Shown here: piece by piece, positions 1-9,510 of the stretch
Layout of the letters: every line of letters starts with the position of its first letter
Numbering within the stretch: position 1 is the first letter of the stretch
DNA from: Candidatus Cryptobacteroides sp.
GTDB lineage: Bacteria; Bacteroidota; Bacteroidia; Bacteroidales; UBA932
DNA: 64,000 bases
Assembly: GCA_045600565.1 (NCBI GenBank)
Contig: JAZRYB010000057.1
Coordinates: 15,044 to 79,043 of the forward strand
Reading direction: 5' to 3'
Notes under the pieces: model-generated
Told to the model about the DNA's origin: nothing
The model's input: the letters and a program-made list of their open reading frames with translations, nothing else
The model's database searches: none
Program-made: the position numbers and the translations under genes

Positions 1-268
1 CGGCCGCCTTGTATCCGGCTCGGACGAGCTTGGGCAAATAGACATCTATGGCATGATGCGGGAATCCGGCCATAGGAACAGGCCCCTTGTCGCCGTTGCT
101 CTTTTTGGTCAGGACAATGCCAAGAACCTTGCTCGCCGTAAGCGCATCTTCACCATAGGTCTCATAGAAGTCTCCAACCCTGTAGAGAAGGATGGTATCG
201 GGATATTGCGCCTTGACAGCAAAAAATTGCCTCAACATCGGAGTATCTTCGGAAGTTGTCTTGCTCAT
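1..268 (-). CDS. mutS: DNA mismatch repair protein MutS, N-terminal part (truncated by window edge; not in ORF track)
   Basis: Manual translation MSKTTSEDTPMLRQFFAVKAQYPDTILLYRVGDFYETYGEDA...MAGFPHHA contains the MutS domain I motifs TPM.Q and GDFYE. Confidence 0.95.
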   Translation of the reverse strand, partial: MSKTTSEDTPMLRQFFAVKAQYPDTILLYRVGDFYETYGEDALTASKVLGIVLTKKSNGDKGPVPMAGFPHHAIDVYLPKLVRAGYKAA

Positions 269-274
269 AACACG

Positions 275-282
275 CAAATTTA
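275..282 (-). promoter_or_regulatory. Bacteroidota -7 promoter element TAAATTTG, 6 nt before mutS ATG
   Basis: Exact match to TAnnTTTG. Confidence 0.7.
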
Positions 283-328
283 ATCATTATTTGAATTCCA
301 ACTTGTTTTTTTACGAGTACAAAAAAAT

Positions 329-336
329 TATCTTTG
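329..336 (+). promoter_or_regulatory. -7 promoter element TATCTTTG for the GT4-YfhO-rsmA unit
   Basis: Exact match to TAnnTTTG in the divergent intergenic region. Confidence 0.65.
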
Positions 337-412
337 TCAGATGAAGAGAGTGGGACTCATAGTCGGGAGAAACTCTTCGGACATATAGATATAGACGGGA
401 TAAGGATAAGGT

Positions 413-1711
413 ATGAAACGCGTCTTGATCATAACATATTATTGGCCTCCTACAGGAGGATCCGGAGTACAGAGATGGGAGAAATTCGCAAAATATCTGC
501 CTGCAGAAGGCTGGCAGCCGGTGATTTATACACCAAGTAACCCGGAAAGGCTGACGGTGGATGAATGTCTTCAGTCTGAAATTCCTGAAGATGTGGAGAT
601 CATCAAGACCAAGATTCTGGAGCCGTATTCATTGTACAGGCGCTTCTTTCACAAAAGAGAGATTAATCCTATCAATTCCCGGAAGAAGAACTGGAAGCAG
701 AAAATAGCTCTTTTTATAAGGGGCAATCTGTTTATCCCTGATCCAAGGGTGATGTGGATATCAAAATCTGTCACATTCTTGGAGGCTTATCTCAAGGAGC
801 ATCCTGTAGATGTGATAGTGAGTACGGGACCGCCTCATTCTATGCATTTGATTGCTCAGAAGGTGGCGGCTCAGCTCAGGCTTCCGTGGATAGCGGATTT
901 CCGTGATCCTTGGACCAAAATGTTTTATTTTAAAGATCTGCATCTGTTGAGCCGGGCCAGCAAGAAGCATCACAGACTTGAGCAGTCCGTTCTGGATGAT
1001 GCTGATGTTGTGATAGCGGTGTCTCCGTTGGTCAGAGATGATTTCAAGGCCCAGACATCGACGCCTGTCGAGTTGATTACCAACGGATTCGATGAGGAGG
1101 ACTTGACTATGGACATCAAGCCTAACGGCTTTTTCAACATTGTCCACACCGGGCTGTTCGCTTCTGACGGCATTCCTTCCACACTGTGGAAGGTCCTTGC
1201 CGACTTGATGCAGGAGGATCCTCTTTTGAAAGAGCATCTCTGCATCCGATTGGTGGGAAAGACAGATTCGGAAGTGTTGGAATCCTTGGAAGAATACGGT
1301 TTGGCTGACTCTGTGCTGGATCTTGGATACAGAAGCCATATCGAGACCATATGCGAACAGATGGCGGCATCTCTTTTGATTTTGCCGTTAAGGAAGGCGC
1401 CGGAGTATCGCAAGACTATGCCGGGCAAGATTTTCGAATATATCGCCTCACGGCGTCCCGTCCTGGGGATTGGACAGGAAGATGGCGCCGCCGCTCAATT
1501 CCTCAGACAGAACGTAGCCGGAGTGATGTATGATTGGGACAATTATGATGGCATATCTGCTTTTATCCGTCAGGCCTGGTCGCGGCACAAGGCGGGGGAG
1601 TGGTACAGCACATCCGGAGACATCAGCCGGTATTCCCGACGTTCGCTTACAAAGGATTTGGTTAAAGTGATGGATTCGCTTGTCCTGAGTTACAAGAAAG
1701 AAGGAGTATGA
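413..1711 (+). CDS. Glycosyltransferase family 4 (GT-B fold)
   Basis: N-terminal ITYYWPP.GGSGVQRW, STGPPHSMHL, WIADFRDPW, C-terminal PGKIFEY. Confidence 0.85.
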   Translation: MKRVLIITYYWPPTGGSGVQRWEKFAKYLPAEGWQPVIYTPSNPERLTVDECLQSEIPEDVEIIKTKILEPYSLYRRFFHKREINPINSRKKNWKQKIALFIRGNLFIPDPRVMWISKSVTFLEAYLKEHPVDVIVSTGPPHSMHLIAQKVAAQLRLPWIADFRDPWTKMFYFKDLHLLSRASKKHHRLEQSVLDDADVVIAVSPLVRDDFKAQTSTPVELITNGFDEEDLTMDIKPNGFFNIVHTGLFASDGIPSTLWKVLADLMQEDPLLKEHLCIRLVGKTDSEVLESLEEYGLADSVLDLGYRSHIETICEQMAASLLILPLRKAPEYRKTMPGKIFEYIASRRPVLGIGQEDGAAAQFLRQNVAGVMYDWDNYDGISAFIRQAWSRHKAGEWYSTSGDISRYSRRSLTKDLVKVMDSLVLSYKKEGV

Positions 1712-4176
1712 AAAAAAAGATTTTGACATATTTGGGTGTTGTCATCTTGTTTTTGACGCTTTCTTATGGCTTTGTGCCGCAAGTTCTTGGTGGGAAGATT
1801 GTCAATCAGAGCGATATTTCCGGATATGTGGGGATGTCACACGAGATGAGCGAATGGAACGATGCTCATCCGTCCGACCCGGCTCAGTGGACAGGGTCAA
1901 TGTTCGGAGGTATGCCGACAACCACGATTTCCGCACCCCGGCAGGGTGATTTGACGCAATCCATATATGATTTTCTCCTTCTCGGCAAAAGGCCGGCGAC
2001 ATATTTGTTCATTTCCCTTCTGGGAGCTTTTCTCCTGATGCTGTCGCTTGATATAAATGGTATTCTGGCTTTCGGAGGGGCGATAGCGGTGACATTCTGT
2101 GCCTATAACTTCCAGATAATTCAGGTAGGGCACAACACCAAAATGCAGGCGATTGCCTTTCTCCCGTGGGCACTTGCCGGGCTGATATACACATATAAGA
2201 GTATTTTCAAGGATAAATATTTATTGAAAGCTCTTCTTGGCGCGTCTCTGTTCGCCTTTGCCCTGAGCTTCCAGATAAAAGCCAATCATCAGCAGATAAC
2301 ATATTATCTCGCGATAATGATATTGCTGTATGCTGTTGTCCAATTTGTCTGGCTTGTTTCATCCAAGGACAGGAGAAGATTTACAGGTCGTTTTTTTGTA
2401 GTGTCCCTATTGTTGCTTGTCATTGGTAGTGTCGGCATTGCCACTAATGCCAATAAATTGATTCCTATATATCAATATACCCCATACTCAATGCGTGGAG
2501 GCTCTGAGTTTGCCGCAGAAGGAGAAGGGAATGCCGGTCTCGATATAGATTATGCCACGGCGTGGTCTTATGGGTGGGAAGAGCTACCGAATCTGATGAT
2601 TCCGAACTTCAACGGCGGCTCTTCTGCCGGAGCTGTCAATCCATCGCGTTCAGAGACTTATGATTTGCTTAAAAGAGCCGGACAGAGCAATCTGAGTGAG
2701 GTTTGCAATAATCTTCCCCTGTATTGGGGGCCTCAGCCTTTCACGGCAGGACCGATGTATATGGGTGCCATTGTTGTTTTTCTGTTTGTCCTTGGTCTGG
2801 GATTATGTAAGGGAAAAGAGAAATGGTGGATAGTCATAGTCTCGGTTCTTGCTGTTTTTTTGGCGGTTGGCAGCCATTGGCTCTGGTTTACGAAGCTCTG
2901 GTATGATTACGTTCCTTTCTATAACAAATTCAGGACGGTGTCGATGTCTCTTGTCGTCTTGCAAGTGACTATGCCTGTGCTTGGCTTCCTTGCACTTGAC
3001 AAGGTAATGAAGGGTGATGTGGACCGCGAGCAGTTCAAGAAAAGCGACTATATCGCTCTTGCGGCAACAGGCGGTTTCTGCTTGTTGTGCTGGTGTTTCC
3101 CGGGAATAGCAGGAAGTTTTTCAGGCGGGTCGGATTCCTCTATGTCGGATGTGTTGGTAGATGCATTGGTTGCAGACCGCATTACCATTTTCAGAAGTGA
3201 TGCGCTTCGTTCATTCTTGCTCATTGTCTCTGCATCATCACTTTTGTGGTGGGCTTACCGGGACAGGAAGGGAGGGAGCACACGTCTTCGCACGTCTTCT
3301 ATTCTGATATGTGTGTTGGTGCTTATCGATATGTTTGCTGTCGGCAAGAGATATCTGAATGGCGGTGATTTTGTATATCCAAGAGATTTCAAGGCGCAGT
3401 TCACCAAGCGGCCCGTGGATGAAGCCATACTTGAGGATCCGGCACCATCATATAGAGTTCTTGACTTGACGGTCAATGTGTTCAATGACTCTCATCCTTC
3501 TTACTGGCACAAGAATATCGGAGGATATTCTCCGGCTAAGCTCCAGCGCTATCAGGATGTCATTGACAGATATCTCGTTTCTGAAATCAATTCGATTTAT
3601 AAGGCGGCGGGGGATGTGGCCACTTTGCAAGAGCTTGATACCCGAATGCCATCCATTCCGGTGCTTTCCGCTTTGAATTGCAAGTACATTATTCTTGGTG
3701 ATGACATTCCGCCTTTGGTCAATCGGCAGGCATTCGGCAATGCCTGGTTTGTCTCTTCCGAGCCTTCCACCGGCACACCGCAGGAGCAGATAGAGTCCCT
3801 TGGCGATGTGGGGAGTAATGTTCTGGACAGTGACCTATATAAAATAGAAATGACGTCATATACTCCCGACGAGCTGCATTTTCATTACAATATTCCTCAG
3901 GACGCTACAGCTCTTTTCAGTGAAATATGGTATCCTGACGGATGGCACGCCATCTTGGAGAATGGTGACGTGGTGGATGTTTTCGGCGCGGATTGGATTC
4001 TCAGAGGGGCAAGGCTCCCGGCCGGAGAGCACGACCTTGTGATGAGATTTGATTCTCAATCCGTGGGAGCAGGGCGCAGTATTTCGCTTGTGTCTTCGAG
4101 TTTACTGATTATTCTTTTGTTATTGACCGTGATATGGATGTTCGTGCAAAAAAGGCACTCGGCCAGCATTTTTTGA
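1708..4176 (+). CDS. YfhO-family polytopic membrane protein (GT-C-like)
   Basis: 822 aa with many TM segments; WTGSMFGGMP, YWGPQPFTAGPMYMG, IGGYSPAKLQRYQD and FSEIWYP.GW motifs. Confidence 0.85.
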   Translation: MKKKILTYLGVVILFLTLSYGFVPQVLGGKIVNQSDISGYVGMSHEMSEWNDAHPSDPAQWTGSMFGGMPTTTISAPRQGDLTQSIYDFLLLGKRPATYLFISLLGAFLLMLSLDINGILAFGGAIAVTFCAYNFQIIQVGHNTKMQAIAFLPWALAGLIYTYKSIFKDKYLLKALLGASLFAFALSFQIKANHQQITYYLAIMILLYAVVQFVWLVSSKDRRRFTGRFFVVSLLLLVIGSVGIATNANKLIPIYQYTPYSMRGGSEFAAEGEGNAGLDIDYATAWSYGWEELPNLMIPNFNGGSSAGAVNPSRSETYDLLKRAGQSNLSEVCNNLPLYWGPQPFTAGPMYMGAIVVFLFVLGLGLCKGKEKWWIVIVSVLAVFLAVGSHWLWFTKLWYDYVPFYNKFRTVSMSLVVLQVTMPVLGFLALDKVMKGDVDREQFKKSDYIALAATGGFCLLCWCFPGIAGSFSGGSDSSMSDVLVDALVADRITIFRSDALRSFLLIVSASSLLWWAYRDRKGGSTRLRTSSILICVLVLIDMFAVGKRYLNGGDFVYPRDFKAQFTKRPVDEAILEDPAPSYRVLDLTVNVFNDSHPSYWHKNIGGYSPAKLQRYQDVIDRYLVSEINSIYKAAGDVATLQELDTRMPSIPVLSALNCKYIILGDDIPPLVNRQAFGNAWFVSSEPSTGTPQEQIESLGDVGSNVLDSDLYKIEMTSYTPDELHFHYNIPQDATALFSEIWYPDGWHAILENGDVVDVFGADWILRGARLPAGEHDLVMRFDSQSVGAGRSISLVSSSLLIILLLLTVIWMFVQKRHSASIF

Positions 4177-4904
4177 CGGATCAGAGCATTGCCAAGTCAA
4201 TAGTCGATGCATTGAGCCACGACTCTGCGTCTCGCGACGTGCTGGAGATTGGACCTGGAATGGGGGTGTTGACCCGGTATTTGCTTCAAAGAGAGGATAT
4301 TGACCTCAAGATGATAGAAATAGATACCGAATCAGTGGACTACCTCTTGACTCATTTTGACGGGTTGCAGGGAAAGCTTGTCGAAGGCGACTATCTGAAG
4401 CTGGATGTGTCACGTTTTTTCAAGATAAATTATCGCGTGATTGGGAATTTCCCGTACAACATCTCATCGCAGATTTTCTTCAAAATACTTGAGGATAAGG
4501 ACCGTATCCCGGAAGTTGTGTGTATGATCCAGAAAGAGGTCGCGGACCGTATATCCGAGGGACCGGGAACAAAGGTTTATGGAATCCTCTCCGTATTGCT
4601 TCAGGCCTGGTATGATATAGAATATGTATTGTCTGTGGGGCCCGGCGCATTCGCTCCGCCGCCGAAGGTGAAATCAGCCGTGATACGTCTTGTTCGCAAT
4701 TCCAGACAAGAGCTCGGCTGTGACGAAAAGATGTTCAGGCAGGTAGTCAAGACTGCGTTCAACCAGCGGCGCAAGACGTTGCGGAACGCGTTGAAACCGC
4801 TGATATCCGAGAATACGGATACTTCCGATCCTGTCTTTGACCTCAGAGCGGAGAGATTGTCAGTCGAGGACTTTATCAAATTAACAAAAATGGTGACTCT
4901 TTGA
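4134..4904 (+). CDS. rsmA: 16S rRNA m6,2A dimethyltransferase
   Basis: KKALGQHFL, VLEIGPGMG, GNFPYNISS, QRRKTLRNAL. Confidence 0.97.
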   Translation: MDVRAKKALGQHFLTDQSIAKSIVDALSHDSASRDVLEIGPGMGVLTRYLLQREDIDLKMIEIDTESVDYLLTHFDGLQGKLVEGDYLKLDVSRFFKINYRVIGNFPYNISSQIFFKILEDKDRIPEVVCMIQKEVADRISEGPGTKVYGILSVLLQAWYDIEYVLSVGPGAFAPPPKVKSAVIRLVRNSRQELGCDEKMFRQVVKTAFNQRRKTLRNALKPLISENTDTSDPVFDLRAERLSVEDFIKLTKMVTL

Positions 4905-4922
4905 TGAAGTCAACATTTCTGG

Positions 4923-4949
4923 TTAGAACCATTTCAAAACAGGCTCTTA
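4923..4949. mobile_element. Collapsed IS/MITE footprint: TTA-[GAACC ATTTCAAAACAGGCTC]-TTA
   Basis: 21-bp element between TTA direct repeats; its right 16 bp match the copies at 23022 and 25260 with one mismatch; right TTA is the mrp stop codon. Confidence 0.55.
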
Positions 4950-5999
4950 TTCTACTTTAGCATTGAGTTTGGAAGCCAGATCCAAGAAAGCGATACTGTC
5001 CGGCCGCGACCCCAGAGCAATCGGTTCTCCTATATCTCCGCTTTCGCGGATGCTCTGGACGATAGGAATCCGGCCCAGAAGATCGATTCCCAGTTTCCGG
5101 GCCATCTCCATTCCTCCGTCCTTGCCGAAGATGAAATACTTGTTGCCAGGGAGCTCTTCTGGAGTGAACCAGGACATGTTCTCGACCAGACCGAGGATAG
5201 GCTTGTTGATGTTGGGATTGCTGAACATATCCACACCCTTTTCCACGTCTGCAAGTGCGACATTCTGCGGAGTTGTCACTATGATGGCACCTTCCATAGG
5301 GATGTCCTTGACCAGACTGATGTGTATGTCACCTGTCCCCGGGGGCATATCTATGAGGAGATAGTCCAATTCTCCCCACCTCACCTGCAATATCATTTGC
5401 TTGAGCGCATTGCAGGCCATAGGGCCTCTCCAGATTAGAGCCTGATGACGTCGGGCGAAATAACCGATGCTCATCCACTTGACTCCGAACTTCTCGACAG
5501 GGATTATCCATTCCATTTCATCTTCTTTTTCTGCTTCGGGGACCGTTCCTTCTGTCCCTGTCATTGTCGGGACAGAAGGGCCGTAAACATCCGCATCCGC
5601 GAGACCGACCTTGAATCCCTGGCGGGCTAGCGCAACTGCCAGATTGACTGCGACCGTCGATTTGCCAACACCACCCTTTCCCGAGGCAATGCCGATGATA
5701 TGCTTGACATCTTTTATCATTTCATTGTCCAGCTCGAGAGCCCTTTTCTTTGCCGGCTCGTCTTCTATTACGGTCTTGACTTCCACTTCCGTTCCTTCCG
5801 GACTGTTACGTATGATGGCGGCGCGAGTGCTTCCTATCAGATACTCTGAGAGGGGATCTCTCCGTCTTGGGAAGGCAAGGGTGACCGTCACTTTGCCGCC
5901 AGCCACATCAATGTCCTTGACCATCCCGAGATCGACAATATCCCTGTCATTCTTGCCGGGATGTTTGACCTCCTTCAATATCTTGAGATATTCGCTCAT
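4947..5999 (-). CDS. mrp: Mrp/NBP35 (ApbC) Fe-S cluster carrier ATPase
   Basis: ASGKGGVGKST, DADVYGPS, IWRGPM, DMPPGTGD, GLVENMS. Confidence 0.95.
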   Translation of the reverse strand: MSEYLKILKEVKHPGKNDRDIVDLGMVKDIDVAGGKVTVTLAFPRRRDPLSEYLIGSTRAAIIRNSPEGTEVEVKTVIEDEPAKKRALELDNEMIKDVKHIIGIASGKGGVGKSTVAVNLAVALARQGFKVGLADADVYGPSVPTMTGTEGTVPEAEKEDEMEWIIPVEKFGVKWMSIGYFARRHQALIWRGPMACNALKQMILQVRWGELDYLLIDMPPGTGDIHISLVKDIPMEGAIIVTTPQNVALADVEKGVDMFSNPNINKPILGLVENMSWFTPEELPGNKYFIFGKDGGMEMARKLGIDLLGRIPIVQSIRESGDIGEPIALGSRPDSIAFLDLASKLNAKVE

Positions 6000-8020
6000 T
6001 ACTTGACGATATTCATTTCGTTAAGAAGATAACCGGCACCTCCGAATTTGTCCATCATAAGAAGAACATAACGGATGTCCACATTGATGCATCTCTGAAC
6101 GTTAGGTTCAAAAATAACATCACCGCTCATGGCCTCCCAGTTGCCGTCGAAAGCCAGTCCTATCAGACAACCGTCCGCGTCAAGAACTGGAGACCCGGAG
6201 TTGCCGCCGGTGATGTCGTTGTTGGTCAAGAAGCAGGTGACCATCTCTCCGTTCTTGTTGGCATATTGACCATAATCCTTTGTCTGATAGATTTCCTTGA
6301 GCTTGGCGGGGACTCTGAATTCATAGTTGTCCGGGTCTTCTTTTTCCATTACACCTTCCAGAGTTGTATAATGCTTATAGAGCACGCCGTCCTTAGGAGA
6401 ATAAGATTTGACATTTCCGTATGTGAGACGGCAGGTCATATTGGCATCAGGGTATGAAGGCTGTCCTGCAGTCCATTCAAGCTGCCCTGCAGTGTATGCT
6501 TTCTGAGCGGCTTTATATTTTGCGGCAGTTTCTTCAGTAATACCGGACTGGAGAAGCAGAGCCTTGTCTCTTATGGCTTTATAGAGTTGTGAGGCAGGAT
6601 CTTCATCCAGATCTACCCCGTCGAGTTTGGCCTTCTCCAGTCTCTCGGCAGAAGTGAAAACGCTGTTGGCGAACAGGTCATCCAGATATTGTTCAGAGAG
6701 TTCAAAATCAATGCGATCTTCAGGAGCGACATTGTCCAGATAATGTTTCATCAGGGCAGAAGCTTCCTTGCGGTCAAGTGCCTGGTTATAATCCTTGTAT
6801 GGATCTGCGGTCCTGCTGTGGGAGAGAGAAACGAGTTCTATTCTGAAAATAGTCTCTATCAGCAGTGTGACGGCGGCTTCAACCTTCTCGGTGGCGGCGA
6901 CAAACTCATTAATGTCATGGAGTGCATTGCCGTATGCCTTTACTCTTTTCTTGTTGGCTGCGACCCAGGCTGAGAAATCATTTTCTTTCTGTTGCTCACG
7001 TTCGATGACCTTGAGCTTTGCGAAGGCTTCCTTTTCGCCCTGCCATTTCTTCCAACCGTTTGATGAGCTTGCATATTTGTTGGCATATTGGAGATTGACG
7101 ACCGGATCGGCCATTCTGGCTTCCCACATCACATCCTGACGCACGGTGCGAGCCGCTATCCTGATGTCATTGATATCAAGCATCTGCTGAAGCTCGGTAG
7201 CCGTCATAAATCTCTGAGTGCTTCCGGGATAGCCCATAATCATTGCGAAATCTCCGTCCTCGATACCTTTGAGGGACACTTTGAGTGACTGTTTCGGTGT
7301 GAGAGGTTTGTTGTCAACAGAATAATCCGCCGGCTCATTGTCAGGTCCGGCATATACCCTGAACATTGAGAAATCGCAAGTGTGTCTTGGCCACATCCAG
7401 TTGTCGGTGTCACCGCCGAACTTACCTGAAGACTGTGGGGGAGCTCCAACGAAACGGACATCCCTATATGTCTTGGATACAATCAAATAATAAACATTTT
7501 CGTTGTAGAAACTCTGGACGGATGCGGTGCAGTGAGGATTGTCCGCCATCGCTTTTTCTTCAAGGGATTTGATGTATTCCTTCTTTGCTTCCTCGGTCTT
7601 GCTGTGCTTAATAACTTGATTGGTGACATCAGTCATAGACTGGAGGAAGCGGACTGTAAGACCGGAAACCGGAATCTCCTGTCCACGGTTCATTGCCCAG
7701 TAACCGTTCTCGAGATAATTCTGCTCCGGGGTGGAAAGCCTCTGGATGCTGCTGTATCCACAGTGGTGGTTGGTTACCAGCAAGCCCTCGTCAGAAATGA
7801 TTTCTCCGGTGCAACCCCCTCCGAATTGAACGATTGCATCTTTGATGGAAGAATGGTTGATACTATAAATCTGGTCCGGACTGAGTCTGCATCCCAGATC
7901 TGCCATAGCTTTGGCGTTCATTTGCTGGAGGAGTGGCAGAAGCCACATTCCCTCATCAGCCTTGACTCCTGTCGAGGCCAAGACAAAAAGTGCCGATACG
8001 GCGCAAATCAATTTTTTCAT
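5999..8020 (-). CDS. S46-family dipeptidyl peptidase, DPP7-like, with signal peptide
   Basis: ADEGMWL, TNHHC, GGDTDNWMWPRHT, DITGGNSGSPV, FDGNWEAMSGD. Confidence 0.93.
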   Translation of the reverse strand: MKKLICAVSALFVLASTGVKADEGMWLLPLLQQMNAKAMADLGCRLSPDQIYSINHSSIKDAIVQFGGGCTGEIISDEGLLVTNHHCGYSSIQRLSTPEQNYLENGYWAMNRGQEIPVSGLTVRFLQSMTDVTNQVIKHSKTEEAKKEYIKSLEEKAMADNPHCTASVQSFYNENVYYLIVSKTYRDVRFVGAPPQSSGKFGGDTDNWMWPRHTCDFSMFRVYAGPDNEPADYSVDNKPLTPKQSLKVSLKGIEDGDFAMIMGYPGSTQRFMTATELQQMLDINDIRIAARTVRQDVMWEARMADPVVNLQYANKYASSSNGWKKWQGEKEAFAKLKVIEREQQKENDFSAWVAANKKRVKAYGNALHDINEFVAATEKVEAAVTLLIETIFRIELVSLSHSRTADPYKDYNQALDRKEASALMKHYLDNVAPEDRIDFELSEQYLDDLFANSVFTSAERLEKAKLDGVDLDEDPASQLYKAIRDKALLLQSGITEETAAKYKAAQKAYTAGQLEWTAGQPSYPDANMTCRLTYGNVKSYSPKDGVLYKHYTTLEGVMEKEDPDNYEFRVPAKLKEIYQTKDYGQYANKNGEMVTCFLTNNDITGGNSGSPVLDADGCLIGLAFDGNWEAMSGDVIFEPNVQRCINVDIRYVLLMMDKFGGAGYLLNEMNIVK

Positions 8021-8625
8021 ATTTCGAATAATGTTGGTTCCAATTCTTTAGGATGGAAGCTTTTGCGGTGGTGCGGAGTATATCCGAACATTTTGATGGC
8101 ATCAATATGTCTTCTGGTGGGATACCCCATATTACGGTCCCAACCATATTGCGGATAATCTTCAGCAAGGCGTTCCATATATTTGTCTCTGTATGTCTTT
8201 GCAAGAACTGATGCGGCAGCGATGCTGGCATATATTGCATCCCCGTGGATAACAGTCGCATAGTCATACCCATCAAAAGGAGTGAACTTGTTGCCGTCTA
8301 TCAGAAGAAAATCCGGTCTCACGACAAGTTTCCTGACAGCACGCTGCATCCCTGCAATGGATGCGTTGAGGATGTTGATTCTGTCTATCTCCTCAGGCAT
8401 CACCATCTCAACGGCCCAAGCAACAGAATCTCTTTCTATCACTTTTCTTACCTCTTCCCGTGTTTTTGCGCTCATCTTCTTCGAGTCGTTCAGCAGGGGA
8501 TGGCTGAAACCTTCCGGCAGAATGACTGCGGCGGCAAAAACCGGACCGGCGAGCGGCCCTCTCCCGGCTTCATCGCATCCGGCCTCCATCCGCCCCGGCG
8601 TCATATTATTCTGCAAGCAAATCAT
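8017..8625 (-). CDS. rnhB: Ribonuclease HII
   Basis: GCDEAGRGPLAGPV, LNDSKK, DG, IAAASVLAKTYRD, GYPT. Confidence 0.97.
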   Translation of the reverse strand: MICLQNNMTPGRMEAGCDEAGRGPLAGPVFAAAVILPEGFSHPLLNDSKKMSAKTREEVRKVIERDSVAWAVEMVMPEEIDRINILNASIAGMQRAVRKLVVRPDFLLIDGNKFTPFDGYDYATVIHGDAIYASIAAASVLAKTYRDKYMERLAEDYPQYGWDRNMGYPTRRHIDAIKMFGYTPHHRKSFHPKELEPTLFEI

Positions 8626-8716
8626 CGTGCGACATACATTACCACAAATTTAACAATCTCCCACAAATATCCCTCACTTTTCATACATCTTTTGGCTCCG
8701 GGTGGGAAGAAAGGCA

Positions 8717-8747
8717 TAAAAAAGGCGGTGCCAAAACGCCACCGCCT
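8717..8747 (-). terminator. Intrinsic terminator after the DUF1080 gene
   Basis: AGGCGGTG/CACCGCCT stem followed by a U-run on the minus strand. Confidence 0.75.
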
Positions 8748-8769
8748 CATTTGATTCATCCGCCACAGT

Positions 8770-9504
8770 TTACTCCAATTCTTTGATTTTGATATTCTTG
8801 AAGAATACCTCGTGGCCGTGGTCCTGGAGAAGTATGTGGCCTTGCTCGAAATTGCCGAATCCGGGATAAACCTTATACTTGCTGTTCTGGACAAGAGCAT
8901 TGAACAGCTGGTTGTTCCTTTCATATTCCACGACCTTGACACCGTTGAGCCAATGCTCCACGTGGTTGCCTTGAACGACAACTTTCGCTGTGTTGAAGTT
9001 GTTGATGTCAAAATGGGCGTCTTCCTTTTCCGCCGGGATAAGGTCATAGAGTGACGCGATAGTACGGTTGCCGTTGACACCTAGTTTAGCATCCGGATGG
9101 CGGAGGTCGTCAAGGATTTGGAATTCACAGCCTATAGAAGATCCGACTGTGACCAATCCTCTCTGTACGAAATACTTGATGCCGCTGTTAGCTCCTTCGG
9201 TAATCTTGAAGTCCACGGAGAGGATAAAGTTTTTGTATTGCTTTTCGGTAATGATGTCTCCGCCGTTGGCGGCTTCTCCTCCACCTCCGTCTTCAACGAC
9301 AAGAAGACCATCGGCGATATGCCACCCCTTAGCCGGGAAAGCATCACCTTCGGCGCTTATCCAACCGTTGGTGGTCTTCCCGTCCCAGAGAAGTTTCCAA
9401 CCGTCCTTGACCTCCTGTTTGGTCAGAGTATTGTCCTGAGCCTTTGCTCCGCATCCTGCAAGTGCGAGGGCGAGAAATATCAGATATTTTTTCATTTTAT
9501 TCAA
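8770..9504 (-). CDS. DUF1080 (3-keto-disaccharide hydrolase/lyase family), exported
   Basis: [42 protein letters not shown]; N-terminal signal peptide. Confidence 0.9.
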   Translation of the reverse strand: MNKMKKYLIFLALALAGCGAKAQDNTLTKQEVKDGWKLLWDGKTTNGWISAEGDAFPAKGWHIADGLLVVEDGGGGEAANGGDIITEKQYKNFILSVDFKITEGANSGIKYFVQRGLVTVGSSIGCEFQILDDLRHPDAKLGVNGNRTIASLYDLIPAEKEDAHFDINNFNTAKVVVQGNHVEHWLNGVKVVEYERNNQLFNALVQNSKYKVYPGFGNFEQGHILLQDHGHEVFFKNIKIKELE

Positions 9505-9510
9505 GTCAAA

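Noticed and set aside
7532-8158. Long antisense or alternate-frame ORFs (e.g. 7532-8158, 15715-17208, 32630-33550, 33928-34980)
   Set aside because: Shadow ORFs opposite well-supported genes, with no recognisable motifs or start context
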